Shown: in pieces, positions 11,874-25,414 of the stretch
Layout of the letters: every line of letters starts with the position of its first letter
Position numbering within the stretch: the stretch's first letter is position 1
Assembly: GCA_002269645.1 (NCBI GenBank)
Contig: NIVC01001446.1
Span: 124,001 to 188,000, forward strand
DNA from: Macrostomum lignano
Lineage: Eukaryota
Direction: 5' to 3'
Length of the DNA: 64,000 nucleotides
Made by a program: the position numbers and the translations under genes
The notes under the pieces: model-generated
Seen by the model: the letters and a program-made list of their open reading frames with translations, nothing else
Told to the model about the DNA's origin: nothing
The model's database searches: none

Positions 11874-14800
11874 CTGAAATATGGATTGTTATAAACCATT
11901 TCTAATTTTGCAGGATTATTTGATTATTACAAAATCTCAACCTCTATTATATAGATATAGTGCCCTTGCCTAATAAAAACTTGCAGCTAAAAATTTTAAA
12001 CAAAGATTACAATTTAATATCTTGTAAATATGGCCAACATATAATAGACATAAGGCTATGATATTCATGGAGTCATCAGCTGCTCACCCAGCGATGGTGC
12101 CGACTCCAGCATCCGAGTCCAAGACTTTGATTGTTGAAAACTTTATACTTTTTTTGAACTTTATAGTTTACTAGTTCACAGTTCACACTTTATATACTGC
12201 ACTATAATTTATATCAATTGTGTCCTAATCACAAAGATGCAAACAAAATAGTAATGCCAATGGCATGAAAAAGTTACAAATTTTTTTTTGAGTTTAAAAG
12301 TATAAAATAAAGCTATATTACCTATATACTATATATATACTGTATATACTGTACTGTATATGTATAAAATATAAACATGGAATTGTTTATACTAGCTAGC
12401 TACTAGTAGCTTGTTAGATAGTTATAACGATATAGAATTAAATATATTTATAAATAGTGTTTTTTGTGTATTTACTATTATGTAATTGTACTTTTTTCCT
12501 CTATCATCTTGTGCTGCCTCCTGATTGGTCCAAGTCATATTTCTACTAGTCAAAATCATATTGTTATTCCTTTAGTTAAACAAATTTTATTGTATAGATA
12601 ATTGAAATATCAAATTGTTAAATAAAAATGAAAATACTGATAGCAACTAGGCAATGTCCTAGTTTCTTGCCTTAAATTATTTTGACCCTATTTTTGTTAT
12701 TTTTAGCGTAAGTCATGGCTGGACAACCTCACCTTAAGTGCCTACAGTAAATATAGTACATCCTGCCAATTTGTAGCCATTGGTCAACCTCTGTGACCTA
12801 AGCCCATGTGAAAGCAAAGTTTTATACTTACTAAAATTAAAAATGCAACTCAGTTTTAGCCTAAAATTATTCCAAAACAAAATAAAAACATTTAAATTTG
12901 TTAGATCAAACTTCGTCAAAATACAAAATTATAAAACAAAGTTATTAATATAACAACATAACAATTTGCCTTTAATCTACCATAATTTATAGCCTAGGCC
13001 TGCTAGCTAGATCAGCTAGCTTAGTACCACTATTAGTTAAAATTTACATTTGTGTGGTTTAACCTAGCTTAGGTTTAAATTTATCTTTTATTAAGAGATC
13101 TTGGCATTATAATATTTAAAAATCACTTGCTAAACTCTAGCCTTGAATAGCACAATTTTGAGTTTAGTAAATGATTCTTGAAGATTGCCTAGATTTAATT
13201 TATTTACTTTACAAGAAGAATTGCTAGGACTATATTAATTTAAACTTTAGTTACCTTAGGCCCTACCTCAACTATACAATCATACAATATATTGTATATA
13301 GAATTGAAAATCTATGTTGCTTAGCTTTAAGCTGTTAATCCCAGCCGAGGCAAAGCCAAAAAGAGACTAAAATCCCTTCTTACATTGTAGGCCTAAATGA
13401 ATAGGGCCTATGTTCATCTTAACTTTAGCCGCAACCATCCCTAGCCCACGATGTCAATGAGCTAATGTAACCCTAGCCCGTGGGCCTAGCCCTATCCCTA
13501 GCCCACAAAGTCATGTGCTAATTTTATCTAAATTAGTAAGTAGTAGTAGTAGTAAAGAAATTGCTCAAACAAGCAGCCTGTTCGGCCGATTCAGGTCGAT
13601 TAGGCCTATAAATTTTGCAAAATTTTCTTTCATTCCCTCATTATTTGTAATTGAATTGTAGGCCTAATTTATCAATATCAGTTTGATGACAGACAAAGTA
13701 TTTACATATCGAATTATTAACGAGCAAGAAATTAAAATGTGCGCTTTTACTAAATTAAATAATATCGCTAGTCATCGCATTTTTGATTTGAAGCGTAATA
13801 GATAGTTCTGCACTGCCCAGAAGGTGGTGGCGGCGGCGGCCGGACTTTTAAATAGTTGCAAATTGGCACGTAATAAACGAGTTTAAAGGATGCAATGTAA
13901 ATCCGAAGTCATGTGGTTTTGATTCTTAAAGACTACTTTTCAGCAACACCATACCGTTGAAAAGAAATTTTAATTCGATTGTGTACCTATATATAACAAA
14001 TTCGACGAAAGGCTTTGTTTACCATTGTATTTGTTATATTAGCGGAATGGGCGCCCGCGCCTCCCGCTGTGTCCCCTCCGGGACAGCCCTGCAGCTAAGT
14101 ATTTGTTATATTATATATTTTATCCGCTACGCGCTGGGTGCTATAGCAGCTGCACTAGCCGATCGAGCAACTGCGCCGCGGCCTGCCACTCGTCGTCGAT
14201 TGTACATATGCCTTATGACCTGCAGGCGCTTGCACTGACCCCACCGGCCGCTGCTGCCTGCCCCTCCCACATGTTCTGCGAGCGGTCTCTCCTTCTGCGT
14301 CCCAATGTACATGTATGTATATGTTTATAATACTTATACAATAGTTTTAATACAATAGTATCCTCCTGAACATTGGTACAATGTATATAGAAAGCGATAA
14401 CTATCTGCCTCTGCCTCAAGAATGTCTAAGAATATATAAGAGGCGGATCCGAGTTAACCAACACGTACATGTACATGTACCCAATGGGAGGAGAAGAATA
14501 TACCCACTATAGATCCCCTAGAGTAACATTTAGGTATTGTTCAATTGTTCAATCTCAATTGTTCAGTAAATAGTCCTTACTAGGAATTGGGGTGTTAAAA
14601 CATTTTAAAACAGCTTGTTGAACCTTTCTAGTTTTTGAGCGCCCATGAAGCCGCACGTACGTTTGCTACCAAAAAATTAAGTCATGCTATAATTAATTGC
14701 CTCTTCCTAAGGCGGGAGCAGAGCAATGCAGCTCCCACAGAGATACTAATTCCCTTGTACAGATCGAGGGACGGAGGGGTTATTTTAAGATATCTACTAC

Positions 14801-15074
14801 TCAAAGTCCTACGAATAATGAATTTTAAATCACAATTAACTGAGGACGAGGATCTGTAGACAAATTTGACATTTAATTGTAAAGCTTGGGACTGGATGGC
14901 AGTGTACGGTAAGAATGTAACAACTCGTCAACAAAATTGTGCTGCACCCATCAATTTCTTTAGTTGGCCTAGTGCTGGAGACTATATTGTATTGCACTAA
15001 AATAATTAATACATTTGAAGACGAAGTATAGTTTCTCAGAGATTGTCAAATATCAGATTACAAGGTTTTAGGAC

Positions 15075-15880
15075 AGGGGTGTCAGAGGACAGGGATGTCA
15101 GATGACAGGGGTGTCAGAGGACTAGGGCGTCAGAGGACATGTGTCAGAGGACTGAGGTGTCAGAGGAGATGTATGTTAGAGGACTGGGGTGTCAGAGGAC
15201 TAGGGTGTCAGAGGACTGGGGTGTCAGAGGACTACAATGTCAGAGACCAGGGGTTATCAGATCAGAGGACTGGGGTGTCAGAGGACTACAATGTCAGAGA
15301 CCAGGGGTTGTCATATATCAGAGGACTGGGGTGTCAGAGGACTACAATGTCAGAGACCAGGGGTTGTCATATATCAGAGGACTGGGGTGTCAGAGGACTA
15401 CAATGTCAGAGACCAGGGGTTATCAGATCAGAGGACTGGGGTGTCAGAGGACTACAATGTCAGAGACCAGGGGTTGTCATATATCAGAGGACTGGGGTGT
15501 CAGAGGACTACAATGTCAGAGACCAGGGGTTGTCATATATCAGAGGACTGGGGTGTCAGAGGACTACAATGTCAGAGATCAGGGGTTGTCATGTATCAGA
15601 GGACTGGGGTGTCAGAGGACAACAATCTCAGAGACCAGGGGTTGTCATATATCAGAGGACTGGGGTGTCAGAGGACTACAATGTCAGAGACCAGGGGTTG
15701 TCATATATCAGAGGACTGGGTGTCAGAGGACAACAATCTCAGAGACCAGGAGTTGTCAGATCAGAGGACTGGGGTGTCAGAGGACAACAATCTCAGAGAC
15801 CAGGGGTTGTCAGATCAGAGGACTGGGGTGTCAGAGGACTACAATCTCAGAGACCAGGGGTTGTCAGATCAGAGGACTGG
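15075..15880. repeat. Composite minisatellite: about 16-bp GTCAGAGGAC subunits organised into a 56-bp higher-order unit
   Basis: CCAGGGG recurs at 15301 and 15357; simpler subunits occur at the 5' edge. Confidence 0.9.
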
Positions 15881-18680
15881 TCGGAGTGGTCAGAAGGACA
15901 ATGTTCTGAAACTGTAGCAACTCATTCATTGATGGATTTTGCTTCAAGAATGAACTCATACCACAAACTAATTTATTGTATAGTTGAGACAAGGAATGAA
16001 GCAACATCAGACACACTTGAAGCTGCCCCAGCAAATTTTAATAATATATATTTATTTGAAACAAACAATTCATGGTTGAATTGCAATGAAAGAGAGCTCG
16101 AATGCAAAATGAATACTAAAAGCCTTGAAAATGGACACCTGATGTTTTAAACAGACTCTGATTCTGTATAGATGACTCTATGGGTGCAATCAGATAGATT
16201 TATAGTGCAATTGATGGCCGCTTGTCATGTCTACAACTGTCTACATGTTACAACTGGAGACAGCGTGGAGCGTCTCTGAAGACGACAAAAACAATCTAGT
16301 TATATGATCATTGGATGACGCTGATATTCTTACCAGCTAATTTGTACAGTTTTGTGTACTAAAACGCATCAGCTATCGATTGATGAAAAATGAGAAATAG
16401 CATGGAGTTGGGATGATAAAACATGAGATATAACATGGGGAGTCGGAACAACGGTTATACCTATTGGGAATAAAAAGCATTTGCCCTCAGTAGACCTGCA
16501 CCGCTACGGAACCAATGGAACTTTACTGCACTGTAAACACGGCTGCACAACAGGGTAACTAAACAATATAATAATAGAATGGGCTTGTAGGGATATAACA
16601 AAAATTTTCTATTTACTGAACAATTTAAATTTCGCGCGCAAGACGTGCTATAGGTCACGTGACTGCTGAACGCGACAATTCAAAGTTGCATGGATCACAG
16701 TGCGGCTTCGGTGCAGTTGCCATAGGCAGCTGTCATATAGCTGGATTAGGGCAAAACATATTGAAGAAAAGATTATTTAAAATTGATTATGAAAAAGAAA
16801 TGAGCGAAGCTTAGCATGGCGCGAATTGGGGGTGTTAACAAGCTTTACTGCTATATATTAATAGAAATGCTAGTTCAAATTGGTACAGGTACAAGTGTAC
16901 GCACAATAGGTCTCTTGTACACCCAATGCCTCCCAGTTGCCAGTCAGTTTGCCGGTCATGCGAGTTCCTGGAAAATAAAAAAATGAATTTAAACATTAAA
17001 AGGCGGTCTAAGTAACTCCTCAGCTGACCTATAGAGTCGATAGTTAGAGTGGGATTGCAGTTGGGGGCGCTGCTTTACCTGCGCACTGCGGATGAATGAC
17101 CACCCGGTGACAGGTATACCGCTTTGTCAGCAGGTAAGCTAATTGCCTGTGTCACCGGCTGATCACCAACCCGCTTTGATCGCAAGTTTGGTCTCCTGGT
17201 TACCGGAGTAATTTCTCCGGTTGATGAATTCGGAATAGGAGTTCATTCTAGACGTCTGAAATTCGGCTAAATAAATTCAGTTACGAGCTTGAAACCTCTG
17301 TTCAGTCAAAACACAAATTGCGCCATTAGCTTATGCGGAAGTAGGCTGCGTGCATCTCCGCTTTGCATTGCCCTTCCTCAATTTCGTCTGCCACTCCGGA
17401 GTGGAAGATCTACTTTGCGCTGGGAAAGTGCGCATGCACTCAGTAGACTGAATGTTTTTGTCAGCGTCATAACTCAACATAAGGGGAGCAATGCTCTACA
17501 TGTATATCGGGATTTTTATGAGCAAAACAGAGAAAGACAATCCAGCTGCTTACGTTTCGCCTTCCTTCCGGGTTTGTGCGTGTGTCAGAGCGCCAACACA
17601 CCCGGTCGGCCCCCTGTAGGGGGCGGGCAGCGCAGAACACCAGGCTCTCCGGTCTCGCTCTTGTACCCACCCAGAATAAGGCGGCCGGGGGGAGCCACCT
17701 CGAGCGAACCCCCGGCCTTTTTATGCAGCGCCGGCTCCGCTGTCCCGGCCTGACCCATTCCGCCCACCCCCAACGTCGCACAGGGAGTGTGCCAGGTCAA
17801 CGCGGGACTGCGGCCTCGGGAGGGTAGGGGCGGCGGATAGGTCAGGCAGGAGAGCCTCTCTGTACCTCCCTTAACCCTCTCCCTCTCTCTCCCTCTCTCT
17901 TATTCCGTCTCTTTCGCTCTCTCTCCCTCCTCTCTCGACCCTCGCCAACCCGGCGGTCCGGTCGTCTATTCGTCTCATCCAACTCCTGAGGTCGGCCGTA
18001 CTGCTTTGGTGCACACGCGGTAAGGAGAGAAGGGGAGAGAGAGGGAAGAGAGAGAGAGACATTTGAGGCGCGCAACCCCAAGGCCAGAGCAACCCAATCC
18101 AGCCCACCCACACGCATGGCATCTAGAAATGTGTTCGCACTAGTTAAGGGCAGAGGGGGAGTGGGAGACCCCCTCCGTATCCAACTCGTTCACCCCCGGG
18201 ATTTGCCAGGGAACAGAGTGGTTCTAAACCGCATGGACGGTTCCTCCCTTCCAGTTAAAATCGATGAGGAAGAATGATAATATGCTGAGCGGCAGCAGCG
18301 GAGGGGAGAAGGAATGGGGAAGTAGAGGTCACCTCAGGTCACCCGCTTTGGTCTACAGTCCGCGATTCCAATTTCGGCATGCAGAGGAGAAATCACGTGA
18401 TTACCGGATTCATTGCGATGAAGCTGACAAACCAAAGCTCAAAGAGCCTCGCCTTACTGTATATCTGAATAGATGGAGATAGATACTGTAGACAGCCTGG
18501 GACTCAAGCTCAAAAGCATCTATGAGGCAAAGTTTCTGACCTGAGAAATGGAACCCCCTGCACTTCCCCAGCCTCCCTTTCTCCTGGCATCTTAAATCCT
18601 GCACACACGACTCGCAGGGTCAGCTCAGGTCAACTCGGTCGCTGTCTTGCCGCGCGCGTTCCATCATCACGTGATTCTGG

Positions 18681-18718
<38 letters not shown>

Positions 18719-19364
18719 GAGGACACCTCGGGCCGCAGCCCTCGGGCCAAAGAGGCAGGAAAGAGCTTCATCAAAGAAAGAGAGGGCAAAAGAAGGCAGA
18801 GTGATAGGCGCCAAAGGAAGTTAGCAGAGTGAGTGAGTGGTGTTACGCAATGCTCACAGATTTCTACTAGCTTATCTAGATAGCTGAGCAGCAGAACTCA
18901 GTCTGAGAACTCTCTGCAGCTCTCCATGCTCACCCAGTCACCCGCGGGCCACAGTAACGCTTTCCTTTTTGGTTTTGACAGCTGCAGGCTCAATCAATGC
19001 AGCATCTTCGCATCTGTCCATCAGCTGCAGGGATTGACCTTTACTCAGATTTGGGGTCACTGCTCTGCTCTGCTCAACTCTATAGCTGAGTAATCTCTGA
19101 TAGAAGCTGGCTTGCGTGACCTGCTCGTTACTTTATTTTGAATATTCCAGCTTCATCAGCCACTTTCTTGTCCAGCCTTTTACCTCCCTAACTTTCTTTA
19201 ATCCATAAATCCTCATCTTTCACTGTGGACAAGTCTTCCAACCTCTCTCGCAATAATCCCTTCTCCAGGATATTGATTATTTGATCTTAGTTGGTGTGAA
19301 ACATTTTTGATGCAGTTTGAGAAAGTGAGCCATCCCGACTCACGGCTCTCGATAGACATCTCAC

Positions 19365-19660
19365 TCCACTCATCAATCTCACACCTCTTGACTCTCTGTC
19401 TCACTCATCAATCTCACCTCTCTTGACTCTCTGTCTCACTCATTAATTTCACCTCTCTTGACTCTCTGTCTCACTCATCAATCTCACCTCTCTTGACTCT
19501 GTCTCACTCATAAATCTCACCCATCTGGACTCTCTGTCTCACTCAATCAATCTCACCCCTCTTGGACTCTCTGTCTCACTCATCAATCTCACCCCTCTGG
19601 ACTCTCTGTCTCACTCATCAATCTCACCCATCTGGACTCTCTGTCTCACTCATCAATTTC
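19365..19660. repeat. About 35-bp pyrimidine-rich minisatellite (CTCACTCATCAATCTCACC..GACTCTCTGT), about 8 copies
   Basis: Visible tandem units. Confidence 0.85.
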
Positions 19661-20314
19661 TCCTCTGCAGCGACCCAGTGAAATTAATTATAATAATTCA
19701 TTCGTTTTAAAAGCAGATCCCTCTGACTCTCTCGCTATCTCTCATCGCGCCAGTCCAATGTCCACCCCTAGATACGCATCAAGGATGTCGCTTGTAAATA
19801 TTTGATTAATGTGTCCACCAAGGTGATCTCGACCATCGTTTAATCTATTCACTGCTTCCAAAGCCATCAGCGCCATCTTGCCAAACCAGGCCTGACGCTA
19901 AATACAGCTACTGCACTGGCGCAGCAGCTAAACTGATGCAGCGGCTGACTCACACAGCAGCATCGGCGCGCGCCCTCTATCCACCCACGCTCGCGCACAC
20001 CTTGATATCTACGAACCCCCCCTCCCTACTTTACTGAGTCACAGCGCGCAGGCAGGTAAGTCCAGCGGCCTGTGCACCAAACTTTGGTAAATGGTAAAAA
20101 GCTTGTAAAGATGCGCCCCCATCCCGCCTGCCAGCACTGCAATATGCTTGCTTCCTTGTAACCAGCGGTTGCGAGGTCATTAATTAGCCCCCAGAAGGAG
20201 TAGGGATCATTCATAAGCAGTCAAAGTCAAGCATGCGGTGGTCATCGGCACTAAGTATTCGATTTAACTGACCGTATTTTTTGGGGGGCCGCTTTAAAAT
20301 CACTGAATTCTGCT

Positions 20315-20455
20315 AGGGTAGGTTAGGTAGGTAGGTTAAGGTTAGGGTAGACTTGTGTTAGGGTAGGTTTAGGGTTAGGGTAGGTTTAGGGTAGGGTTAG
20401 AACTTGGATCAACAGCAGTGTTAGATTAGGGTTAGGGTAGGGTTAGGTTAGGGCT
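20315..20455 (+). repeat. Degenerate TTAGGG-like tract
   Basis: Mixed TTAGGG/TAGGG/TTAGG units interrupted by a short unique spacer. Confidence 0.7.
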
Positions 20456-20959
20456 ATAAGTAGAGTCTGCAGCAGCAGCGCTATCTCTATAGGATGAAGT
20501 TAAAGCCTGAAGTGCTTCTTCCATGCTTGTCGGACTCAGTCAATGTTGTAAAGAAATTCTGCGATCGAAGCGTCATCGAAAAGTGTTTATAAGGCGACAA
20601 CAATATTGCCAGTGCCCAGCTATCTGGCACACTTAAATCAATACCGCTCACAAATCATTTGCCACTATGAAATGCAGTAAGTGCAGTTAATATTTGTTCA
20701 GAGCCGCTAGCTGGACTGAGTGACTCATTCATGTATCGGGCTCGGGTTGTACGGTCATAGCTATAAGAGTTCGCTTGACATTTTGATTGTATTTGAAAAC
20801 AGTTTGGCATGAATTGGCCAGTTGGTTTTGCACGACAGCTGCGCGACTGTTGAGGCTCCAGCTGCTAATGTGGTTGATGCAATTCACTTCGTTGACGATT
20901 CACAGTGCAGGGCAAGGAGAGACATGGATAGATACAGGTAGAGGGACTGGTAAACATAT

Positions 20960-21245
20960 TGAGACAGAGACAGATAAAGACAGGAAGTGGCAGAGAGTCA
21001 GAGACAAAGAGACAGACAGAAAGACAGAAAGAGACAGGCAGAGACAGACAGAGACAGACAGAGACAGACAGAGACAGACAGAGACAGACAGAGACAGACA
21101 GAGACAGACAGAGACAGACAGAGACAGACAGAGACAGGCAGAGACAGAGACAGGCAGAGAGACAGAGACAGGCAGAGAGACAGAGACAGGCAGAGAGACA
21201 GAGACAGACAGAGAGACAGAGACAGGCAGAGAGACAGAGACAATC
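20960..21245. repeat. GACAGA/GAGACAGACA microsatellite
   Basis: Visible; source of RQRQ/CLSL ORFs. Confidence 0.92.
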
Positions 21246-21634
21246 AGAGGATGCGTGAACAGAAAAGCACAGATCACAGCACAAAGCAGTTCAGTGCACA
21301 GATGTGCATTCCAGAATTCATTCATATCTCTATAATTCTCACGTTTCCAACACGAAACTACGCAGCCCAAAGTCTGCCAGCCTTGCCCAGCGAAATGCCA
21401 AACGGACTGTCTGTCAGTCCAGTGCTTGGCCCCAGTTCCGGCTCGGCAAGAATGACATTTGCGAGTGCATTCGAACCCTGGAATGGCGCAGCAAAGGCGG
21501 GCTGGAATGCAGCATCGTTGGTTTGGCGATTCGTACAATGTACTTTTAGGTTTGCCAAGCTTGCAAACCGGCATTTAGATGATCCAGCTGGCTATTCAGT
21601 CCCTTCTGATTCTTCAGTGGATATTGCTATAGAT

Positions 21635-22610
21635 ATACACGTGTCAGATCATTCAGTGGGTATTGCTACGAATATATACCCGCGTCAGATTATTGAGTGG
21701 GTATTGCTACGAATATATACCCGTGTCAGATTATTCAGTGGGTATTGCTATATACCCGCGTCAGATTATTCAGTGGGTATTGCTACGAATATATACCCGT
21801 GTCAGATTATTCAGTGGGTATTGCTACGAATATATACCCGTGTCAGATAATTCTGTGGGTATTGCTACGAATATATAGCCGTGTCAGATTGTTCAGTGGG
21901 TATTGCTACGAATGTATACCCGTGTCAGATCATTCAGTGGGTATTGCTACGAATATATACCCGCGTCAGATTATTCAGTGGGTATTGCTACGAATATATA
22001 CCCGTGTCAGATTATTCAGTGGGTATTGCTACGAATATATACCCGTGTCAGATTATTCAGTGGGTATTGCTATATACCCGCGTCAGAATATTCAGTGGGT
22101 ATTGCTACGAATATATACCCGCGTCAGATTGTTCAGTGGGTATTGCTATATACCTGGGTCAGATAATTCAGTGGGTATTGCTACGAATGTATACCCGTGT
22201 CAGATTATTCAGTGGGTATTGCTATATACCTGTGTCAGATAATTCAGTGGGTATTGCTACGAATGTATACCCGTGTCAGATTATTCAGTGGGTATTGCTA
22301 CGAATATATACCCGTGTCAGATTATTCAGTGGGTATTGCTACGAATGTATACCCGTGTCTGATTATTCAGTGGGTATTGCAACGAATATATACCCGTGTC
22401 AGATAATTCTGTGGGTATTGCTACGAATATATACCCGCGTCAGATTATTCAGTGGGTATTGCTTCGAATATATACCCGTGTCAGATTATTCAGTGGGTAT
22501 TGCTACGAATATATACCCGTGTCAGATTATTCAGTGGGTATTGCTACGAATATATACCCGTGTCAGATTATTCAGTAAGTATTGCTACGAATATATACTC
22601 CTGTCAGATC
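21635..22610. repeat. 41-bp minisatellite TATTGCTACGAATATATACCCGTGTCAGATTATTCAGTGGG, about 24 copies, with shorter deletion variants
   Basis: Visible tandem units. Confidence 0.95.
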
Positions 22611-23129
22611 CTTCAGAGGCATAAAATAAATTTCGATACGCACTGGCTGAAAATAGTTGCCGAAAGGTTTTGGTGACAAAAGGTTGGCAATATAAAATCT
22701 ACAGGGCGAACTGCATCGGAACACGGGGGGGGGCGGTAGGGGTAAGTGAGGGAAAAGTGAAAAGTCATAAAACCCTGCTCGTTCCCGTACGCTCGTATAA
22801 TTTTACAATGCGCAGCCAATTCATCCGACTTGAACTGAGCCAGCAGCAGCTTCTCACGGAGCGCATGTAGTTTTGGCCAGATTAGTTTAACTGGCAACGG
22901 GGAGGGCCTGGGTCGGGAGTAAGTCGGCTTCAGATGAGTCACAACCCTCGGCCGGGGTTCCTTTGAAGGCTGCCGCGCTTAGCCCTTTGCCATGGGATTA
23001 GCTCCCTAACCCCACAGCCCCCCCCCTCTACAACCCACCCGATATGCCCTGTCAAAGCTCCGACAAGCGGTTGATTATTTCAGAGTCAGCGCCAAATCTA
23101 GTCATAAATTGCGCGTACAATAGATTCAG

Positions 23130-23605
23130 AGTGGCCCCAAAGCAAGAGTCAGATGGCGCCGAAACTACACGTAAAGTCAAAATCTATAGTCAAATAGTGC
23201 TAAATCTAGAGTCGAAATGGCGCTAAAACTAGAGTCAAATGGCGTCAGAACTAGGGTCGATTGGCGCCAAATCTAGAGTCGAATGGCGCCAAATTTAGAG
23301 TCAAGTAGCGCCTGAAATAGAGTCAAATTTCACCAGAACTAGATTCAAATGGCACCAAATCTAGAGTCAAAGCTACAATCGAATGGCCCCAAAGCAAGAG
23401 TCAAATGGCGCCAGAATTTGAGTCGAATGGCGCCAGAACTAGAGTCAAATGGCGCCAGAACTAGAGTCAAATGGCGCCAGAATTAGAGTCGAATGGCGCC
23501 AGAACTAGAGTCAAATGGCGCCAGAATTAGAGTCAAATGGCGCCAGAACTAGAGTCAAATGGCGCCAGAATTAGAGTCGAGAGTCGAATGGCGCCAGAAC
23601 TAGAT
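23130..23605. repeat. 22-bp minisatellite AAATGGCGCCAGAACTAGAGTC
   Basis: Degenerate 5' part, homogeneous 3' part. Confidence 0.9.
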
Positions 23606-24087
23606 TTTAGAGTCTTACTCAGCCTCTGCTGGGCACCCTGAGCGCACGCTCCCCTTACAAAAACAGCGTATTTAAGATCAAGCACTCTCAATTGAGTATT
23701 ATAGTGTTGCATATGCAGCTCCATTGTTTGATCTGCATTGCATTGTGCGTCTGCGCTTTCATTCACCCATTCATTCAGTTCCTACAGCTGCTATAGCGGG
23801 CCAGCTTACCTGGAGCATATTGGAGCAGCCACCCCACCAGCCAGTGGCAAGCTCAGCTGACTCATGCAGCCCTGCACTGCTGCCGCTGCATGCACTGCAG
23901 GTTCCCGAGCAGTGGAGAATGCCAAAAAAACTGCATTGGCAGGGAGTGTTTGAGCTGTAACTAGCTTTGGCTTGTAGTTGCTATTGAGCATGAGGCTGCC
24001 AAGCCACCCCCCCATTCAGGGTTTTTAGTTGCTGAGTGAGTCATCGGCCATCGCCAGGCTCAGATCCCCGCGCAATACAATTTGATG

Positions 24088-25113
24088 CTGCTGACTGCTC
24101 ACTGACTGCTCACTAGCTGCTCACTGGCTGCTCACTGACTGCTCACTAGCTGCTCACTGGCTGCTCACTGACTGCTCACTGACTACTCACTGACTGCTCA
24201 CTGACTGCTCACTGACTGCTCACTGACTGCTCACTGACTGCTTACAGCCTGCTCACTGACTGCTCACTGATTGCTCACTGACTGCTCACTGACTGCTCAC
24301 TGACTGCTCACTGACTGCTCACTGACTGCTCACTGACTGCTCACTGACTGCTCACTGACTGCTCACTGACTGCTCACTGACTGCTTACAGCCTGCTCACT
24401 GACTGCTCACTGATTGCTCACTGACTGCTCACTGACTGCTCACTGACTGCTCACTGACTGCTCACTGACTGCTCACAGCCTGCTCACTGACTGCTCACTG
24501 ACTGCTCACTGACTGCTCACTGACTGCTCACAGCCTGCTCACTGACTGCTCACTGACTGCTCACTGACTGCTCACTGACTGCTCACAGCCTGCTCACTGA
24601 CTGCTCACTGATTGCTCACTGACTGCTCACTGACTGCTCACTGACTACTCACTGACTGCTCACTGACTGCTCACTGACTGCTCACTGACTGCTCACTAGC
24701 TGCTCACTGGCTGCTCACTGACTGCTCACTGACTGCTCACTGACTGCTCACTGACTGCTCACTGACTGCTCACTAGCTGCTCACTGGCTGCTCACTGACT
24801 GCTCACAGCCTGCTCACTGACTGCTCACTGACTGCTCACAGCCTGCTCACTGACTGCTCACTGACTGCTCACTGACTGCTCACTGGCTGCTCACTGACTG
24901 CTCACTGACTGCTCACTGACTGCTCACTGGCTGCTCACTGACTGCTCACTGACTGCTCACAGCCTGCTCACTGACTGCTCACTGACTGCTCACTGACTGC
25001 TCACTGACTGCTCACTGACTGCTCACTGGCTGCTCACTGACTGTTCACTGACTGCTCACTGACTGCTCACAGCCTGCTCACTGACTGCTCACTGACTGCT
25101 CACTGACTGCTCA

Positions 25114-25115
<2 letters not shown>
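24088..25115. repeat. 11-bp minisatellite (TGCTCACTGAC)n, about 93 copies
   Basis: Visible; fused directly to the following TATC array. Confidence 0.96.

Positions 25116-25414
<299 letters not shown>

Noticed and set aside
19097-19159. 13-bp inverted repeat CTGAT(A)GAAGCTGG / CCAGCTTCATCAG as a pre-miRNA
   Set aside because: The stem is too short and the 36-nt interior does not pair.
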